Source of the DNA: an uncultured Bacilli bacterium
Lineage (GTDB): Bacteria > Bacillota_I > Bacilli_A > RF39 > UBA660
Length of the DNA: 64,000 bases
Assembly (NCBI GenBank): GCA_934120015.1
Contig: CAKOTD010000004.1
Location: 5,338-69,337, forward strand
Direction: 5' to 3'
Shown here: piece by piece, positions 1-10,267 of the stretch
How positions within the stretch are numbered: position 1 is the first letter of the stretch
Layout: every line of letters starts with the position of its first letter
Notes under the pieces: model-generated
Databases searched by the model: none
Told to the model about the DNA's origin: nothing
Seen by the model: the letters and a program-made list of their open reading frames with translations, nothing else
Position numbers and translations under genes: made by a program

Positions 1-164
1 ATAGCGTTTATGCTTATTTTAATAATAATAAGTTTAATGAATTGATTATTGAAAGTATTCAATCAATTGATAAACAATCTGATTTAGGGGATTTTTTAAT
101 AAGTATGTACCAAAGATTTGTAAATGACCCCAATAATAAGGTTGTTACAACTAGATGGCTTTAA
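1..164 (+). CDS. 3' end of an unidentified gene that starts upstream of the window
   Basis: Open frame in phase with position 3 ending ...KVVTTRWL then TAA at 162-164, followed directly by a hairpin terminator. The 53 visible residues carry no motif I recognise. Confidence 0.35.
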   Translation, partial: SVYAYFNNNKFNELIIESIQSIDKQSDLGDFLISMYQRFVNDPNNKVVTTRWL

Positions 165-165
165 A

Positions 166-190
166 AAGTAGCACATAGAGTGCTACTTTT
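166..190. terminator. Bidirectional rho-independent terminator between convergent genes
   Basis: AAGTAGCAC / GTGCTACTT stem with a 5-nt loop, A-run on the left and T-run on the right. Confidence 0.6.
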
Positions 191-1127
191 CGTATTTTAT
201 TCCTTGATAAGTATTTCTTCTTACTAGTTCTTTATCAATATCATTAAGTACACAGAATTTTTTTGTAAGCCAGTTTGGTTCTACTAAATCATCTATTTTT
301 GGGTCACCTGTTATACGATTTATGACTATATTTGGTTTTAATAATTCTAATTGATCACATACAATATCTATATATTCTTCCTTTGTTAATATATGGAATG
401 GTTGCCTTTGAAATAGCTCTTCTAGTTTAGTACCTTTTAAAATATGAAGCATATGAATTTTTATACCTTGAATATCAAGATTGTTTAAATATTTGGTAGT
501 TTCAAGCATCATTTCTTTTGTTTCATATGGTAAACCATTTATAATATGAACAACCACATTTATATTATTTTCTCTTAATTTTTTCACCATTTCTTCAAAA
601 CATTCTAACGTATGACATCTATTAATTAATTTGGTAGTACTTTCATGAATAGTTTGAAGACCTAATTCAATTGTTAGATAAGTTCTTTTACTTAGATTAG
701 TTAGATATTCTAAACATTCACTAGATATAGAATCAGGTCTAGTTGCAATATTTAATCCAATTACATTATCCAAATTTAATATTGTTTCATATTTTTCTTT
801 TAGAACATTAACGGGAGCATAAGTATTTGTATGGGCTTGAAAATATCCAATATACTTAGCATTTGGCCATTTCAAGTGTAATATATTTTTTACTTGGTTA
901 AACTGAGTAATTAAATTTTCCTTAGGATTACCTGCATATTCACCACTGCCAGAATTTGAACAATAAATGCACCCATTTTTTCCAACAGTTCCATCTATAT
1001 TTGGACAACTAAAACCAGCATTTAAACTTACTTTGAATACTTTACTATTAAATTTTTGCTTATAAAAGTAATCTAAAGTATAATATCTTTTATTTGTATT
1101 TGAATATTTGAAAGGATTATTTAACAT
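183..1127 (-). CDS. TIGR01212-family radical SAM protein (YtqA-like)
   Basis: 314 aa. N-terminal FSCPNIDGTVGKNGCIYC cysteine motif and overall layout typical of this radical SAM subfamily. Confidence 0.8.
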   Translation of the reverse strand: MLNNPFKYSNTNKRYYTLDYFYKQKFNSKVFKVSLNAGFSCPNIDGTVGKNGCIYCSNSGSGEYAGNPKENLITQFNQVKNILHLKWPNAKYIGYFQAHTNTYAPVNVLKEKYETILNLDNVIGLNIATRPDSISSECLEYLTNLSKRTYLTIELGLQTIHESTTKLINRCHTLECFEEMVKKLRENNINVVVHIINGLPYETKEMMLETTKYLNNLDIQGIKIHMLHILKGTKLEELFQRQPFHILTKEEYIDIVCDQLELLKPNIVINRITGDPKIDDLVEPNWLTKKFCVLNDIDKELVRRNTYQGIKYEK

Positions 1128-1217
1128 AAATTATCACCACTTGTTATATTGTATCATATTTTCACTTACTAATTTACAAATTATTATCTTTTTAGTATAA
1201 TATATTTGAGGCATATT

Positions 1218-1439
1218 ATGAAAAAGATACTTATTAAAATTATTAAAATTTATCAAAAAATACCAGGTAATTTTCATGCTTATTGTAAGCATATACCCTC
1301 ATGTTCTAATTATGCAATAGAAGCTATTAATGAATATGGAAGTATAAAAGGAACTTATTTAAGTATAAAAAGAATTTTAAAATGTAATCCTTTTTCTAAA
1401 GGTGGAATTGATTTAGTGCCAAGAAAAAATAAGGAGTGA
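1218..1439 (+). CDS. yidD: Membrane protein insertion efficiency factor YidD
   Basis: Small protein with the CKHIPSCSNYAIEAI...KCNPFSKGGIDLVP signature. ATG at 1218 preferred over the TTG at 1206. Confidence 0.9.
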   Translation: MKKILIKIIKIYQKIPGNFHAYCKHIPSCSNYAIEAINEYGSIKGTYLSIKRILKCNPFSKGGIDLVPRKNKE

Positions 1440-1444
1440 AGAGA

Positions 1445-2311
1445 ATGAAAAGGATAGTTGGAATAGTTTTTTATCTACTATTTTGTATGAGTTTAACAGG
1501 GTGTTTTAAAAGAGATAATTTTGAGGGGATTAATATTTATACAACAGTTTATCCAATAGAATATATTGTTGAAAGATTATATGGAGAACATAGTAATATT
1601 TCAAGCATTTACCCAGATGGTGTAGATATAAATGATTATGAATTAACCGAAAAACAAATTACTGATTATAGTAAGACCACTTTGTTTACATTTAATGGGC
1701 TTGGTGAAGAGAAAAAGTATGTTAATGAATTTTTTAAGCATAATAAAAGATTAAAAATTATAGATACTACATCTAGTATGGAATATTTAAATGGTATGGA
1801 AGAATTATGGCTTGATCCATCGAATTTTTTAATGATGGTTCAAAATATTCGTTATGGACTAAAAGAGTATATAAATAATCATTATTTGAAGAATGAGATT
1901 GATGAAAAATATAATAAATTAAAAGAAGAAATTTCAAAATTGGATGCGGATATATATGAAATCAGTGATAACTCTTCTAACAAAACACTAATTGTTTCAT
2001 CAGATTTGCTTAAATTTTTAGAAAAATATAATTTTACGGTTATTTCATTAGAGGAAAATGAAAACTTAACTGAAAAAACTTTGGTAACTGTTGAAAATCT
2101 GATTAATGATGGTAGTGTACATTATATTATAATGTTACAAGGTGAAGAACCAAGTGAAACTATTAAAAAAATAATAGAAGATACAAATATAGAGCTTGTT
2201 TATTTTCACCTAATCACTAATTTAACTGGTGAAGAAAGAAATTTAAAGAAGGATTATATAAGTCTTATGAGTGAGAATATTGATCTTATAAGAAATGAAG
2301 TTTATGATTAA
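1445..2311 (+). CDS. ZnuA/TroA-like (cluster 9) solute-binding lipoprotein, apparently lacking the metal-ligand histidines
   Basis: Lipobox LTGC after a signal peptide. Family-like motifs are present but read DINDYELT and ELWLDPSN where DPHxYE and DPHxWLDP are usual. AAGGAG RBS lies 8 nt before the ATG at 1445. No ABC permease or ATPase is adjacent. Confidence 0.55.
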   Translation: MKRIVGIVFYLLFCMSLTGCFKRDNFEGINIYTTVYPIEYIVERLYGEHSNISSIYPDGVDINDYELTEKQITDYSKTTLFTFNGLGEEKKYVNEFFKHNKRLKIIDTTSSMEYLNGMEELWLDPSNFLMMVQNIRYGLKEYINNHYLKNEIDEKYNKLKEEISKLDADIYEISDNSSNKTLIVSSDLLKFLEKYNFTVISLEENENLTEKTLVTVENLINDGSVHYIIMLQGEEPSETIKKIIEDTNIELVYFHLITNLTGEERNLKKDYISLMSENIDLIRNEVYD

Positions 2312-2362
2312 AAATTATTGACATATCTATATCTTTAATGTAAAATTAATATGTAGTGTTTT

Positions 2363-2453
2363 GGAGTAGTACTCAAGAGGCTGAAGAGGCGCCCCTGCTA
2401 AGGGTGTAGGTCGGGTAACTGGCGCGAAGGTTCAAATCCTTTCTACTCCGCCA
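2363..2453 (+). tRNA. tRNA-Ser (anticodon GCU) with encoded CCA
   Basis: Acceptor GGAGTAG/CTACTCC, anticodon loop CT-GCT-AA, long variable arm, TPsiC GGTTCAAATCC, 3' GCCA. Confidence 0.9.
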
Positions 2454-2463
2454 TTATGTATTT

Positions 2464-2488
2464 AACCTTTGTTTATCAAAGGTTTTTA
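2464..2488 (+). terminator. Rho-independent terminator after tRNA-Ser
   Basis: AACCTTTG-tttat-CAAAGGTT followed by TTTTT. Confidence 0.7.
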
Positions 2489-2536
2489 TTTTAATTGGCC
2501 TTGTATCTAACCTTAAAAGGAATGGTGATAATATAT

Positions 2537-3205
2537 ATGAAAATATTAGATGAGTTAGGCATTAAGTCAGATAACATAAGTTTATATGAGACCGCTTTTA
2601 CGCATACATCTTATGCCAATGAGCATGATACAGAAAGTTATGAAAGACTTGAATATTTAGGTGATGCAGTATTAGAGCTTGTTATGAGTGAATACTTGTA
2701 TAAAAATTCTTTGTATGATGAAGGCGTAATGACTAAACTTAGGGCTCATTACGTTTGTGAAAATGCGCTATATGAATATTCATTAAAATTAAAACTAAAT
2801 GATTATTTAAAATTAGGTAAAGGTGAAGAAGAAAATGGGGGAAAATATAGAAAAGCAATAGTTGCTGATATATTTGAAGCATTTATTGGAGCAATGTATC
2901 TTGATCAGGGAATTGAAATAGTGAAGAATTTTGTAAATATAAGTGTTATACCCTTTATTCAAAATAATGAACTTGATTTTTTTAGTGATTATAAATCAAA
3001 ACTTCAAGAATTAGTTCAAACAGATAAAAGAAGTTTAGAATATATTCTTGTTGATGAGGATGGACCTGCACATAATAAAACATTCACAGTTGTTGTAAAG
3101 ATTGATGAAGTAATTTATGGGAAAGGTGTTGCTCATAGTAAAAAAGAAGCAGAACAAGAAGCTGCAAAGGATGCTCTTAGAAAGTCAAAAAATGCAGTAC
3201 AATAA
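2537..3205 (+). CDS. rnc: Ribonuclease III
   Basis: ERLEYLGDAVLEL RNase III signature, C-terminal dsRBD (HNKTFTV...GKGVAHSKKEAEQEAA). ATG at 2537 preferred over the upstream TTG. Confidence 0.92.
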   Translation: MKILDELGIKSDNISLYETAFTHTSYANEHDTESYERLEYLGDAVLELVMSEYLYKNSLYDEGVMTKLRAHYVCENALYEYSLKLKLNDYLKLGKGEEENGGKYRKAIVADIFEAFIGAMYLDQGIEIVKNFVNISVIPFIQNNELDFFSDYKSKLQELVQTDKRSLEYILVDEDGPAHNKTFTVVVKIDEVIYGKGVAHSKKEAEQEAAKDALRKSKNAVQ

Positions 3206-4343
3206 AGAACTTATAGAAGAAATACTTTTTAAGACTGTTTTACCAAATCTAAAAAACGGATATATTGAAGTGCCAGTGTATGATAATAATTTTAATGGAG
3301 AAAAAATTACATTTAATATTACTATAGATGCATTTGACAAAGAAAGTCCTTATTATCTAAATATCTATGATAAAGACAGATTAATAAATTTATTATATGA
3401 ATATACAAATACTATAGTTGAGTTCGATAATAATATTAACTCTGAAAATATTTATGATAAGATTACATATTATCTTACATTGATTTGGGCAAATGCAACT
3501 TATGAGGATTTAAGAGATCCTTTAAGTTTTATTCAAAGATATATTGATTTTAATAATAATCAAACTTTTGATAGTATTAACTATTCAAGTAATATTGGTT
3601 ATTTTGATGGAGCGGATATTGACATTATCATAAAAAGAGAACCTTTAAATATGGAAACACCTTATTCATTTGGTGCAATAATAAGGTTGTCTGATAATAT
3701 TTATCAATTGCCGTCCATATGCTATGGAATTAGTGATAATACATGTTATATATATTCTGTTCAAAATGGTAAAAATAATTTAAACTCTGAATTTGAAAAA
3801 AGAATAAAAAGAGCATTATATAAATTAAATGAAGGAGTTTCATTATCGGAAAGTAATGATTTTAAAGAATATAAACAGATTGAAGGAAACCAAAAAAATA
3901 TCAATGATATCTTTTATCCAGAAAATATTAGTGATGTTTCAGTATCTGCCATACTTGTTTTAACTATTTTTATGGATTTGTTATATGATATGAATATAAA
4001 TAAGATAAAAGTTGTGCCATTTCTTCCAATTAGATATAAAAATAAGGTGGATTCATATAAGAAAATATATGATAATAAATTAAAAACTTTGAATATTAAA
4101 GAAGATGAAGTTATCAGACAGGAACTTTATAAAAAAAGAATGGCAATTCAAAGAAATTTAACTGATAAATTTATAAGGAATTTTATGAGAATAAAATATC
4201 ATTTTAATGGAATTGATATTTTATCTTATCCTATGGAATTTGATGAATATCTTACAATTTGGATTAATAATATGGATTGTAATAATAATAAATTAATAGA
4301 AAATATAATTGAAAATAAAGTAAAAAATAGTCATACATTATAA
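3192..4343 (+). CDS. Hypothetical protein (about 383 aa)
   Basis: Long ORF with no motif I recognise. Start placed at ATG 3192 so that overlap with rnc is only 14 nt. Confidence 0.5.
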   Translation: MQYNKELIEEILFKTVLPNLKNGYIEVPVYDNNFNGEKITFNITIDAFDKESPYYLNIYDKDRLINLLYEYTNTIVEFDNNINSENIYDKITYYLTLIWANATYEDLRDPLSFIQRYIDFNNNQTFDSINYSSNIGYFDGADIDIIIKREPLNMETPYSFGAIIRLSDNIYQLPSICYGISDNTCYIYSVQNGKNNLNSEFEKRIKRALYKLNEGVSLSESNDFKEYKQIEGNQKNINDIFYPENISDVSVSAILVLTIFMDLLYDMNINKIKVVPFLPIRYKNKVDSYKKIYDNKLKTLNIKEDEVIRQELYKKRMAIQRNLTDKFIRNFMRIKYHFNGIDILSYPMEFDEYLTIWINNMDCNNNKLIENIIENKVKNSHTL

Positions 4344-4412
4344 ATATATACAAATTATCTTGTCAAAAATGTATAATTTTAGTAAAATAAATTTGAGAAA
4401 TGGGTGATATAG

Positions 4413-5129
4413 ATGGGAAGAGCTTACGAGGTAAGAAAGGCAAGTATTCAAAAAACTGGTGCTGCAAGAGGAAAAGTATACTCTATGTATGCAAAGGAAA
4501 TATATCAGGCAGCTAAAAATGGAGGTACTGAAGTAACTAGTAACGCAACACTTAGAAGATTAATTGAAAGAGCAAAAAAAGAACAAGTACCAAGTGATAT
4601 TATTAAAAGAGCTATTGATAAAGTAAATAGTGGGGTTGATGAAAATTATCAAACTGCTACTTATGAAATGTTTGGACCTACAGGTTCAACACTTGTAATT
4701 GATTGTTTGACTGACAATCTAAATAGAAGTATTAGTGATTTAAGAGCGGTTGCAAATAAATGTCATGTCAAAATGGGAGCACAAGGAAGTGTACTATTTA
4801 ACTATGATCATTTATGCATAGTTGGTTTTAAAGGATTGAATGAAGAAGAAACTATGAATGCTTTAATCGAAAATAATGCCGATTTTGTTGATATGGAATT
4901 AGATGGTGATATAATAATTGTATATGGTAATCCTCAAAATCTATATCAAATCAAAGAAGCAATCAATAAGGCAAAACCTGGTATTGAGTTTGAAATGGAC
5001 GAAATATCATATATACCAAAGGAAAAAATTACATTATCTGGTGAAGATAAGTTATTGTTTGAAAAAATACTTACTATGTTAGATGATGTTGAAGATGTTC
5101 AAAATGTTTATCATAATGTAGAAATGTAG
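4413..5129 (+). CDS. YebC/PmpR-family (YeeN-like) DNA-binding regulator
   Basis: 238 aa. N-terminus MGRAYEVRKASIQKTGAARGKVY...LRRLIERAKKEQVPSDIIKRAIDK matches the family pattern. GGGTGA RBS. Confidence 0.85.
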   Translation: MGRAYEVRKASIQKTGAARGKVYSMYAKEIYQAAKNGGTEVTSNATLRRLIERAKKEQVPSDIIKRAIDKVNSGVDENYQTATYEMFGPTGSTLVIDCLTDNLNRSISDLRAVANKCHVKMGAQGSVLFNYDHLCIVGFKGLNEEETMNALIENNADFVDMELDGDIIIVYGNPQNLYQIKEAINKAKPGIEFEMDEISYIPKEKITLSGEDKLLFEKILTMLDDVEDVQNVYHNVEM

Positions 5130-5222
5130 AAGATTTTTTATCTTCTTTTTTTGTAAATATCCTTTTTTATCTTTTTCTTTCATTAGATATATGATAAAAT
5201 GAATTTGTATGGTGGTGATGAT

Positions 5223-6506
5223 ATGACAAGAATAAATGTATTACCTGCAGATACATATTATTTAATTAATAAGTCTTTTTTTACAGAACAAGATAGAAAA
5301 ATGTTAACAATGTTTTATCAACCAATTATTGGAGTAATTGCCACTAGCCTTTATTTTACCCTATGGTCATTCTTGGATAGAGAAGAAGACAAAAAAGAAA
5401 AATTATATACACATTATCATTTAATGACAAATATGAAATTAAAACTCGATGTTATAGTTGAGGCAAGAGAAAAATTAGAAGGAATTGGTCTTTTAAAGAC
5501 ATATTGTAGAAAGAATGAAAATGGAAATACTTTTATCTATGAAATGTTTTCTCCTTTATCAGTTTCTGAATTTCTAAGCAGCCCCTTATTAAATACTTTA
5601 TTAATAAGTAACATTGGGGAAAATGATTACAAAAAATTGATTAGTAATTTCGAAATAAAAAAACCTAACTATGATGATTATATAGATATTACCTGTAGTT
5701 TTAAAGATATTTATAATATAAAGAATGATGAAAAAATCGTAAACTTTGATAATAGTTATGAAAAAAAGAGTTCTAATAATATTAATGTAAAATGTAATAT
5801 TGATATTGATTCAGTTCTTGACATGATACCTGATGAGATGCTAAATAAAAATAGGATAAGCAAAGAAATTATTGATTTAATAAATAATTTAGTATATTTA
5901 TATGATTTTAATGAGGAACAATTAAAAAATGTATTGATTAATTCATTAGATACTTCTCATGTAATTGATAAAGAAAAATTAAGGTATAATGCAAGAAATT
6001 TATATAAATTTGATCATCATAGTTCAAAGCCTACAGCTATATATAAAACTAGTTCAAATAAGATAAGTGATACTGATGTATCAAATAAATCAAAAATAAT
6101 ATATTCGTTTGAAAACACTTCTCCTTATGATTTTTTAGTAAGTAAATATAACGGGGCGGTTCCTGCAAAAACAGATGTTAAATTAATAGAGTTTTTACTT
6201 GTTGATATGAAGCTAGAACCATCAGTGGTAAATGTATTAATTGATTATGTTTTAAAAACAAATAATAATAAATTAACCAAATCTTATGTAGAAACCATAG
6301 CTGGGCAATGGAAAAGAAATAATATCAGCACTGCTAGTGATGCTCTTAGTTTTGCAAAGAGAGAGTATTGCAATACAAGAAAAGGAAAAATTGCAAAAAA
6401 ACAAGATAGTCCTAAGTGGCTCAACAAAAAGATAGAATCTACTATTGCTACAAAAGAAGAACAAGAAAATATAACAAAAATGTTAAAAGAGTTAGTTGGT
6501 GAATAA
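5223..6506 (+). CDS. dnaB: Replication initiation and membrane attachment protein (Firmicute DnaB, DnaD-domain helicase-loading factor)
   Basis: N-terminal LTMFYQPIIGVIATSLYFTLW region and C-terminal DnaD-like repeat (YVETIAGQWKRNNI), immediately upstream of dnaI as in Bacillus. Confidence 0.75.
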   Translation: MTRINVLPADTYYLINKSFFTEQDRKMLTMFYQPIIGVIATSLYFTLWSFLDREEDKKEKLYTHYHLMTNMKLKLDVIVEAREKLEGIGLLKTYCRKNENGNTFIYEMFSPLSVSEFLSSPLLNTLLISNIGENDYKKLISNFEIKKPNYDDYIDITCSFKDIYNIKNDEKIVNFDNSYEKKSSNNINVKCNIDIDSVLDMIPDEMLNKNRISKEIIDLINNLVYLYDFNEEQLKNVLINSLDTSHVIDKEKLRYNARNLYKFDHHSSKPTAIYKTSSNKISDTDVSNKSKIIYSFENTSPYDFLVSKYNGAVPAKTDVKLIEFLLVDMKLEPSVVNVLIDYVLKTNNNKLTKSYVETIAGQWKRNNISTASDALSFAKREYCNTRKGKIAKKQDSPKWLNKKIESTIATKEEQENITKMLKELVGE

Positions 6507-7420
6507 TGAAAACAATTGAAAAAGAAATTAAAAATTCACGTTTTGGAGTTGCTTCAATGGGGAATTTATATGCAAATTATGAGGAAGCACTAAAAAATGA
6601 AAAGTTTAAGAATTTAGTGGAAAAATTGGGTATTGATTCTAAAATACTTATGAAATATACTTCAAGTTTAGAGGAATCTGCTAATGAATATTATAATTGT
6701 ACTCATTGTAAAAACATTTGCACATGTAAAAATAAAATTATTGGTTATGCCTATTTACCTAAAATTAATGGAAAAAATCTTAGTTTTGATTATGTATCAT
6801 GCAAGAAGAAAATGAAAATAGATAAAGAAAATAAACATATTAAAAATATTTATCTTTATGACATACCGGAAGAAATTAAAAATGCTAAGATAACTGAAAT
6901 ATATACCCAATACAAAGAAAGATATGAGACAATAAAGTGGTTAAATGATTTTATTAAAAATTATCAAAAAGGAGGGAAAGGACTTTACTTACACGGAAAT
7001 TTTGGTAGTGGTAAAACGTATTTGATAGCAGCTGCTTTTAATGAACTTGCTAAGAAGAATATTAAAAGTGCTATTGTATTTTGGCCAGAATTTTTAAGAG
7101 ATTTAAAAACATCATTTCAAACAGATTTTAAAGAAAAATATGAGAAAATTAAAAAGGTAGAGCTTCTAATGATTGATGATATTGGTGCTGAAAACACAAC
7201 TAATTGGGGTAGGGATGAGATATTATGCCCACTTCTGCAATATCGTATGGAAAATCATTTAACAACATTTTTTACCTCAAATCTAACAATTGATAGTTTA
7301 GAGCAACATTTTGAGGTAACAAAGGATAATGTACAAGAAATGAAAGCTAAGAGATTAATTGAGAGAATAAAACAATTAACAATTGATATTGAAATGCTAA
7401 GTGATAATTTAAGAAAGTAG
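6506..7420 (+). CDS. dnaI: Primosomal helicase loader DnaI
   Basis: N-terminal Cys cluster (CTHCKNICTCKN), AAA+ Walker A GNFGSGKTYL, Walker B LLMIDDIG. Start overlaps the dnaB stop. Confidence 0.88.
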   Translation: MKTIEKEIKNSRFGVASMGNLYANYEEALKNEKFKNLVEKLGIDSKILMKYTSSLEESANEYYNCTHCKNICTCKNKIIGYAYLPKINGKNLSFDYVSCKKKMKIDKENKHIKNIYLYDIPEEIKNAKITEIYTQYKERYETIKWLNDFIKNYQKGGKGLYLHGNFGSGKTYLIAAAFNELAKKNIKSAIVFWPEFLRDLKTSFQTDFKEKYEKIKKVELLMIDDIGAENTTNWGRDEILCPLLQYRMENHLTTFFTSNLTIDSLEQHFEVTKDNVQEMKAKRLIERIKQLTIDIEMLSDNLRK

Positions 7421-7435
7421 TATAAGGTGAACTTT

Positions 7436-9385
7436 ATGGATAATAATACTTCAAGTACAAAATTAAAACAACTTAAAAGAGTATTAATACAATACCCAAA
7501 TTTGGAATTTGAACAATTAAAAGATACTCTTTTAATTGACAATAACATACTGTTATTGTCACTATTAGAAAAATTATTATCTAAAGATATTAATTCAATA
7601 AGTTATATAAAATATAATAATGATTATAATTATTTAATAACTTGTCTAAAACATATATTATATATTTTTACTAATTATAGTAAAAGTGTTGGAATAGATG
7701 AGCTAGAAGGATTAGAAAGAATTAGAAATAGTATTATTCAAAAAAGAAAAGAGAATAATGGTAAAATACCTAATCATTTAAAATATATATATGATAAATT
7801 ATTATTTATAATTAAACCTCTTATAGATTTACATGATAAAGATAACAACAAAAAACATGAAAAGCAAAAAAACAATAATAGTGCATTATATAAATTAGCC
7901 GAAAAAATAATATTCAAATATAATAAATTCGATTATTTTTACCAAATAGCAAAAATATACCCTGATATAATAAATTGTTTAGATAGTGATAACATTCCAT
8001 TGATTCAAAGAATTATTGAAAAACAAATAAGAAATTATAAAAAACATTGTAATATAGAAAAACTATTATATTTTGAATCATTAATAAAGTATATTTTACA
8101 ATCTTCAGCTTTTTATCTGACAAAAGTGCAGATAACATCAATTTTAAATTATTTGAAAGCAGAAGAAGATATTATTTTAAATAGTGATGAAGATAAAGAA
8201 GATTTAAATCTAAGTGTGTTTATAGATAATTGTTTTAATATTTTAAAGAAGAATAGTAAAAATATTACTAGTGTAAAATGTGAAAGAGAACTATTAAAAA
8301 AGTATTCAATAAAAAGTGCTGATGAACTATGTACTTTTGTTAATGCTGGTAATACTTTACTTGATGATAATTTGGAAGACTATACTGACAAAAGAATTAT
8401 TACTATGGATTTATCTTCAAATACAAAAATATATGATGATGCGGTTTCGTGTGAGATTCTTCCTAACGGTAATTATTTGATTGGAATATATATTGCTGAT
8501 GCTGCATCTATTATAAAAGAAGAAAGTAATATTGATTTGGTAGCTTATGAACTATGTGAAAATATATATTTACCTGATAAATTTATAGGAATGCTGCCAG
8601 ATAATCTTTCTGAATATTTGTCTTTAAGTGCTGGTTCATTTAAAAGAGCATTAGCTTACATGTTTGAGTTTGATCAAAAGTGTAATATGCATGATTTTAA
8701 AGTCAAAAATGTAGTTATAAAAGTTGATAAAAATTTAACATTTTCTAATGCTCAAAAGTTATATTATGTAAATCATAATAATGAACAAGGTCAAATATTA
8801 AAAGACTTAATACACTTTAGTAAATCTATACATGATTCAAATTTTTATAATACATCTTATCATTTGATAAAAGAAGAGAAGAGAAAATTATCACATAAAG
8901 ATGAATATCATACCAATAATGATTGTAGTAAATCTTTAGAAACTCTGATGATTTTAGTCAATTATTCTATGGCTAAGTTTTTTTCGGAAAATAATTATCC
9001 TCTTTTATATCGAGTAAACTCATCTCATGTTGATTCTGATATGATAGGTACACTTAAGAACTTTTCTACAAGTAATTATTTGCCAAATGAGATAATTAAG
9101 AATATTGATAAACTTTGTTCAAGATCAAAATATTCAAGTTTTAATAATGGCCATAATGGACTTAATTTATCATGTTATTGTCATAATACAAATCCAATTA
9201 GGAGTTATGCATCATTATTGAACCAAAGAATAATCAAAAAAGAGTTTATAGAAGGGGGACTTACTAAAGAGGAAATCACAAAATATGAAATGTTAATGCC
9301 TAGAATAGCTTCACATATTAATTCTTGTATCAAAAGGCATGAATGTTTTAGTGATGAATACATAAAAATATTAACAAAAAAATAA
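7436..9385 (+). CDS. RNB-domain (RNase II/R family) exoribonuclease-like protein with a non-canonical N-terminal half
   Basis: ITMDLSSNTKIYDDAVSCE and IYIADAAS motifs plus NPIRSYASLLNQR resemble RNB motifs I, II and IV. I see no cold-shock or S1 domain. Confidence 0.6.
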   Translation: MDNNTSSTKLKQLKRVLIQYPNLEFEQLKDTLLIDNNILLLSLLEKLLSKDINSISYIKYNNDYNYLITCLKHILYIFTNYSKSVGIDELEGLERIRNSIIQKRKENNGKIPNHLKYIYDKLLFIIKPLIDLHDKDNNKKHEKQKNNNSALYKLAEKIIFKYNKFDYFYQIAKIYPDIINCLDSDNIPLIQRIIEKQIRNYKKHCNIEKLLYFESLIKYILQSSAFYLTKVQITSILNYLKAEEDIILNSDEDKEDLNLSVFIDNCFNILKKNSKNITSVKCERELLKKYSIKSADELCTFVNAGNTLLDDNLEDYTDKRIITMDLSSNTKIYDDAVSCEILPNGNYLIGIYIADAASIIKEESNIDLVAYELCENIYLPDKFIGMLPDNLSEYLSLSAGSFKRALAYMFEFDQKCNMHDFKVKNVVIKVDKNLTFSNAQKLYYVNHNNEQGQILKDLIHFSKSIHDSNFYNTSYHLIKEEKRKLSHKDEYHTNNDCSKSLETLMILVNYSMAKFFSENNYPLLYRVNSSHVDSDMIGTLKNFSTSNYLPNEIIKNIDKLCSRSKYSSFNNGHNGLNLSCYCHNTNPIRSYASLLNQRIIKKEFIEGGLTKEEITKYEMLMPRIASHINSCIKRHECFSDEYIKILTKK

Positions 9386-9488
9386 AATAATATTTACAAT
9401 TTATTGCAGTTTTGGTATAATCTTTTTGAGTATTGATTACTCCTTGCTTTTTTTGAAAAGCCAAATAGACCATAAGGAGGTGTTAGGA

Positions 9489-9779
9489 ATGCGTAAATAT
9501 GAAATTATGTTTATTGTAAGACCAACAGTTGGAGAAGATGAACTTAAAAACGTTGTTAAAAGTTTTTCAGACATCTTAACTAGCAATGGTGCTACTATAA
9601 CTGATACAAAAGATATGGGACAAAGAGAATTAGCTTATGAAATTAAGAATTTTAAAAGTGGATACTATTATGTTCTAAATCTTGAAGCAAATGATGATAA
9701 AGCAATTAAAGAGTTTGATCGTTTAGCACTTATTAGTAATGACATCGTTCGTCATTTAATTACAAAAATAGAAATGTAA
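9489..9779 (+). CDS. rpsF: 30S ribosomal protein S6
   Basis: MRKYEIMFIVRP... start with an AAGGAGG RBS; rpsF-ssb-rpsR synteny. Confidence 0.95.
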   Translation: MRKYEIMFIVRPTVGEDELKNVVKSFSDILTSNGATITDTKDMGQRELAYEIKNFKSGYYYVLNLEANDDKAIKEFDRLALISNDIVRHLITKIEM

Positions 9780-9793
9780 AAAGAGGTATGTAT

Positions 9794-10249
9794 ATGAATA
9801 AAGTTATGTTAATTGGTAGACTAACTACAAAACCAGAATTAAGATATACTGGTGCTAATCTTCCATACACAAGATTTTCTCTTGCAGTAAATAGAACTTT
9901 TAATAATGCACAAGGAGAGAGAGAAACTGATTTTATTAACATTGTTGTTTGGAGAAAACAAGCCGAAAATGTTTGCAATTTCTTAAACAAAGGAAGTTTA
10001 GTATCTGTTGAAGGACGTTTGCAAACAGGTTCTTATGATGATAAAGACGGGAATAAGCGTTATACAATGGAAGTTGTGGCTGATTCTGTACAGTTCTTAG
10101 AAAGTAAAAGTCAAAGACAAGAACAAGCTAATTCAGGTGTTTCACCTTATGATTATCAAGATGCTGTTACTAATAATGTAAGTGTTGAAAATGATCCATT
10201 TGGTGATTTAGGTGATAGTGTTACCATAGATGATAACTTTTTGGACTAG
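9794..10249 (+). CDS. ssb: Single-stranded DNA-binding protein
   Basis: MNKVMLIGRLTTKPELRYT OB-fold N-terminus and acidic C-terminal tip DDNFLD. Confidence 0.95.
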   Translation: MNKVMLIGRLTTKPELRYTGANLPYTRFSLAVNRTFNNAQGERETDFINIVVWRKQAENVCNFLNKGSLVSVEGRLQTGSYDDKDGNKRYTMEVVADSVQFLESKSQRQEQANSGVSPYDYQDAVTNNVSVENDPFGDLGDSVTIDDNFLD

Positions 10250-10267
10250 AAAGGAAGGTAACTTATA

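Noticed and set aside
3117-3191. N-terminal extension of the 408-aa ORF overlapping the last 89 nt of rnc.
   Set aside because: The extension is the rnc dsRBD region read in another frame. An ATG at 3192 gives a minimal overlap, so the shorter gene was reported.
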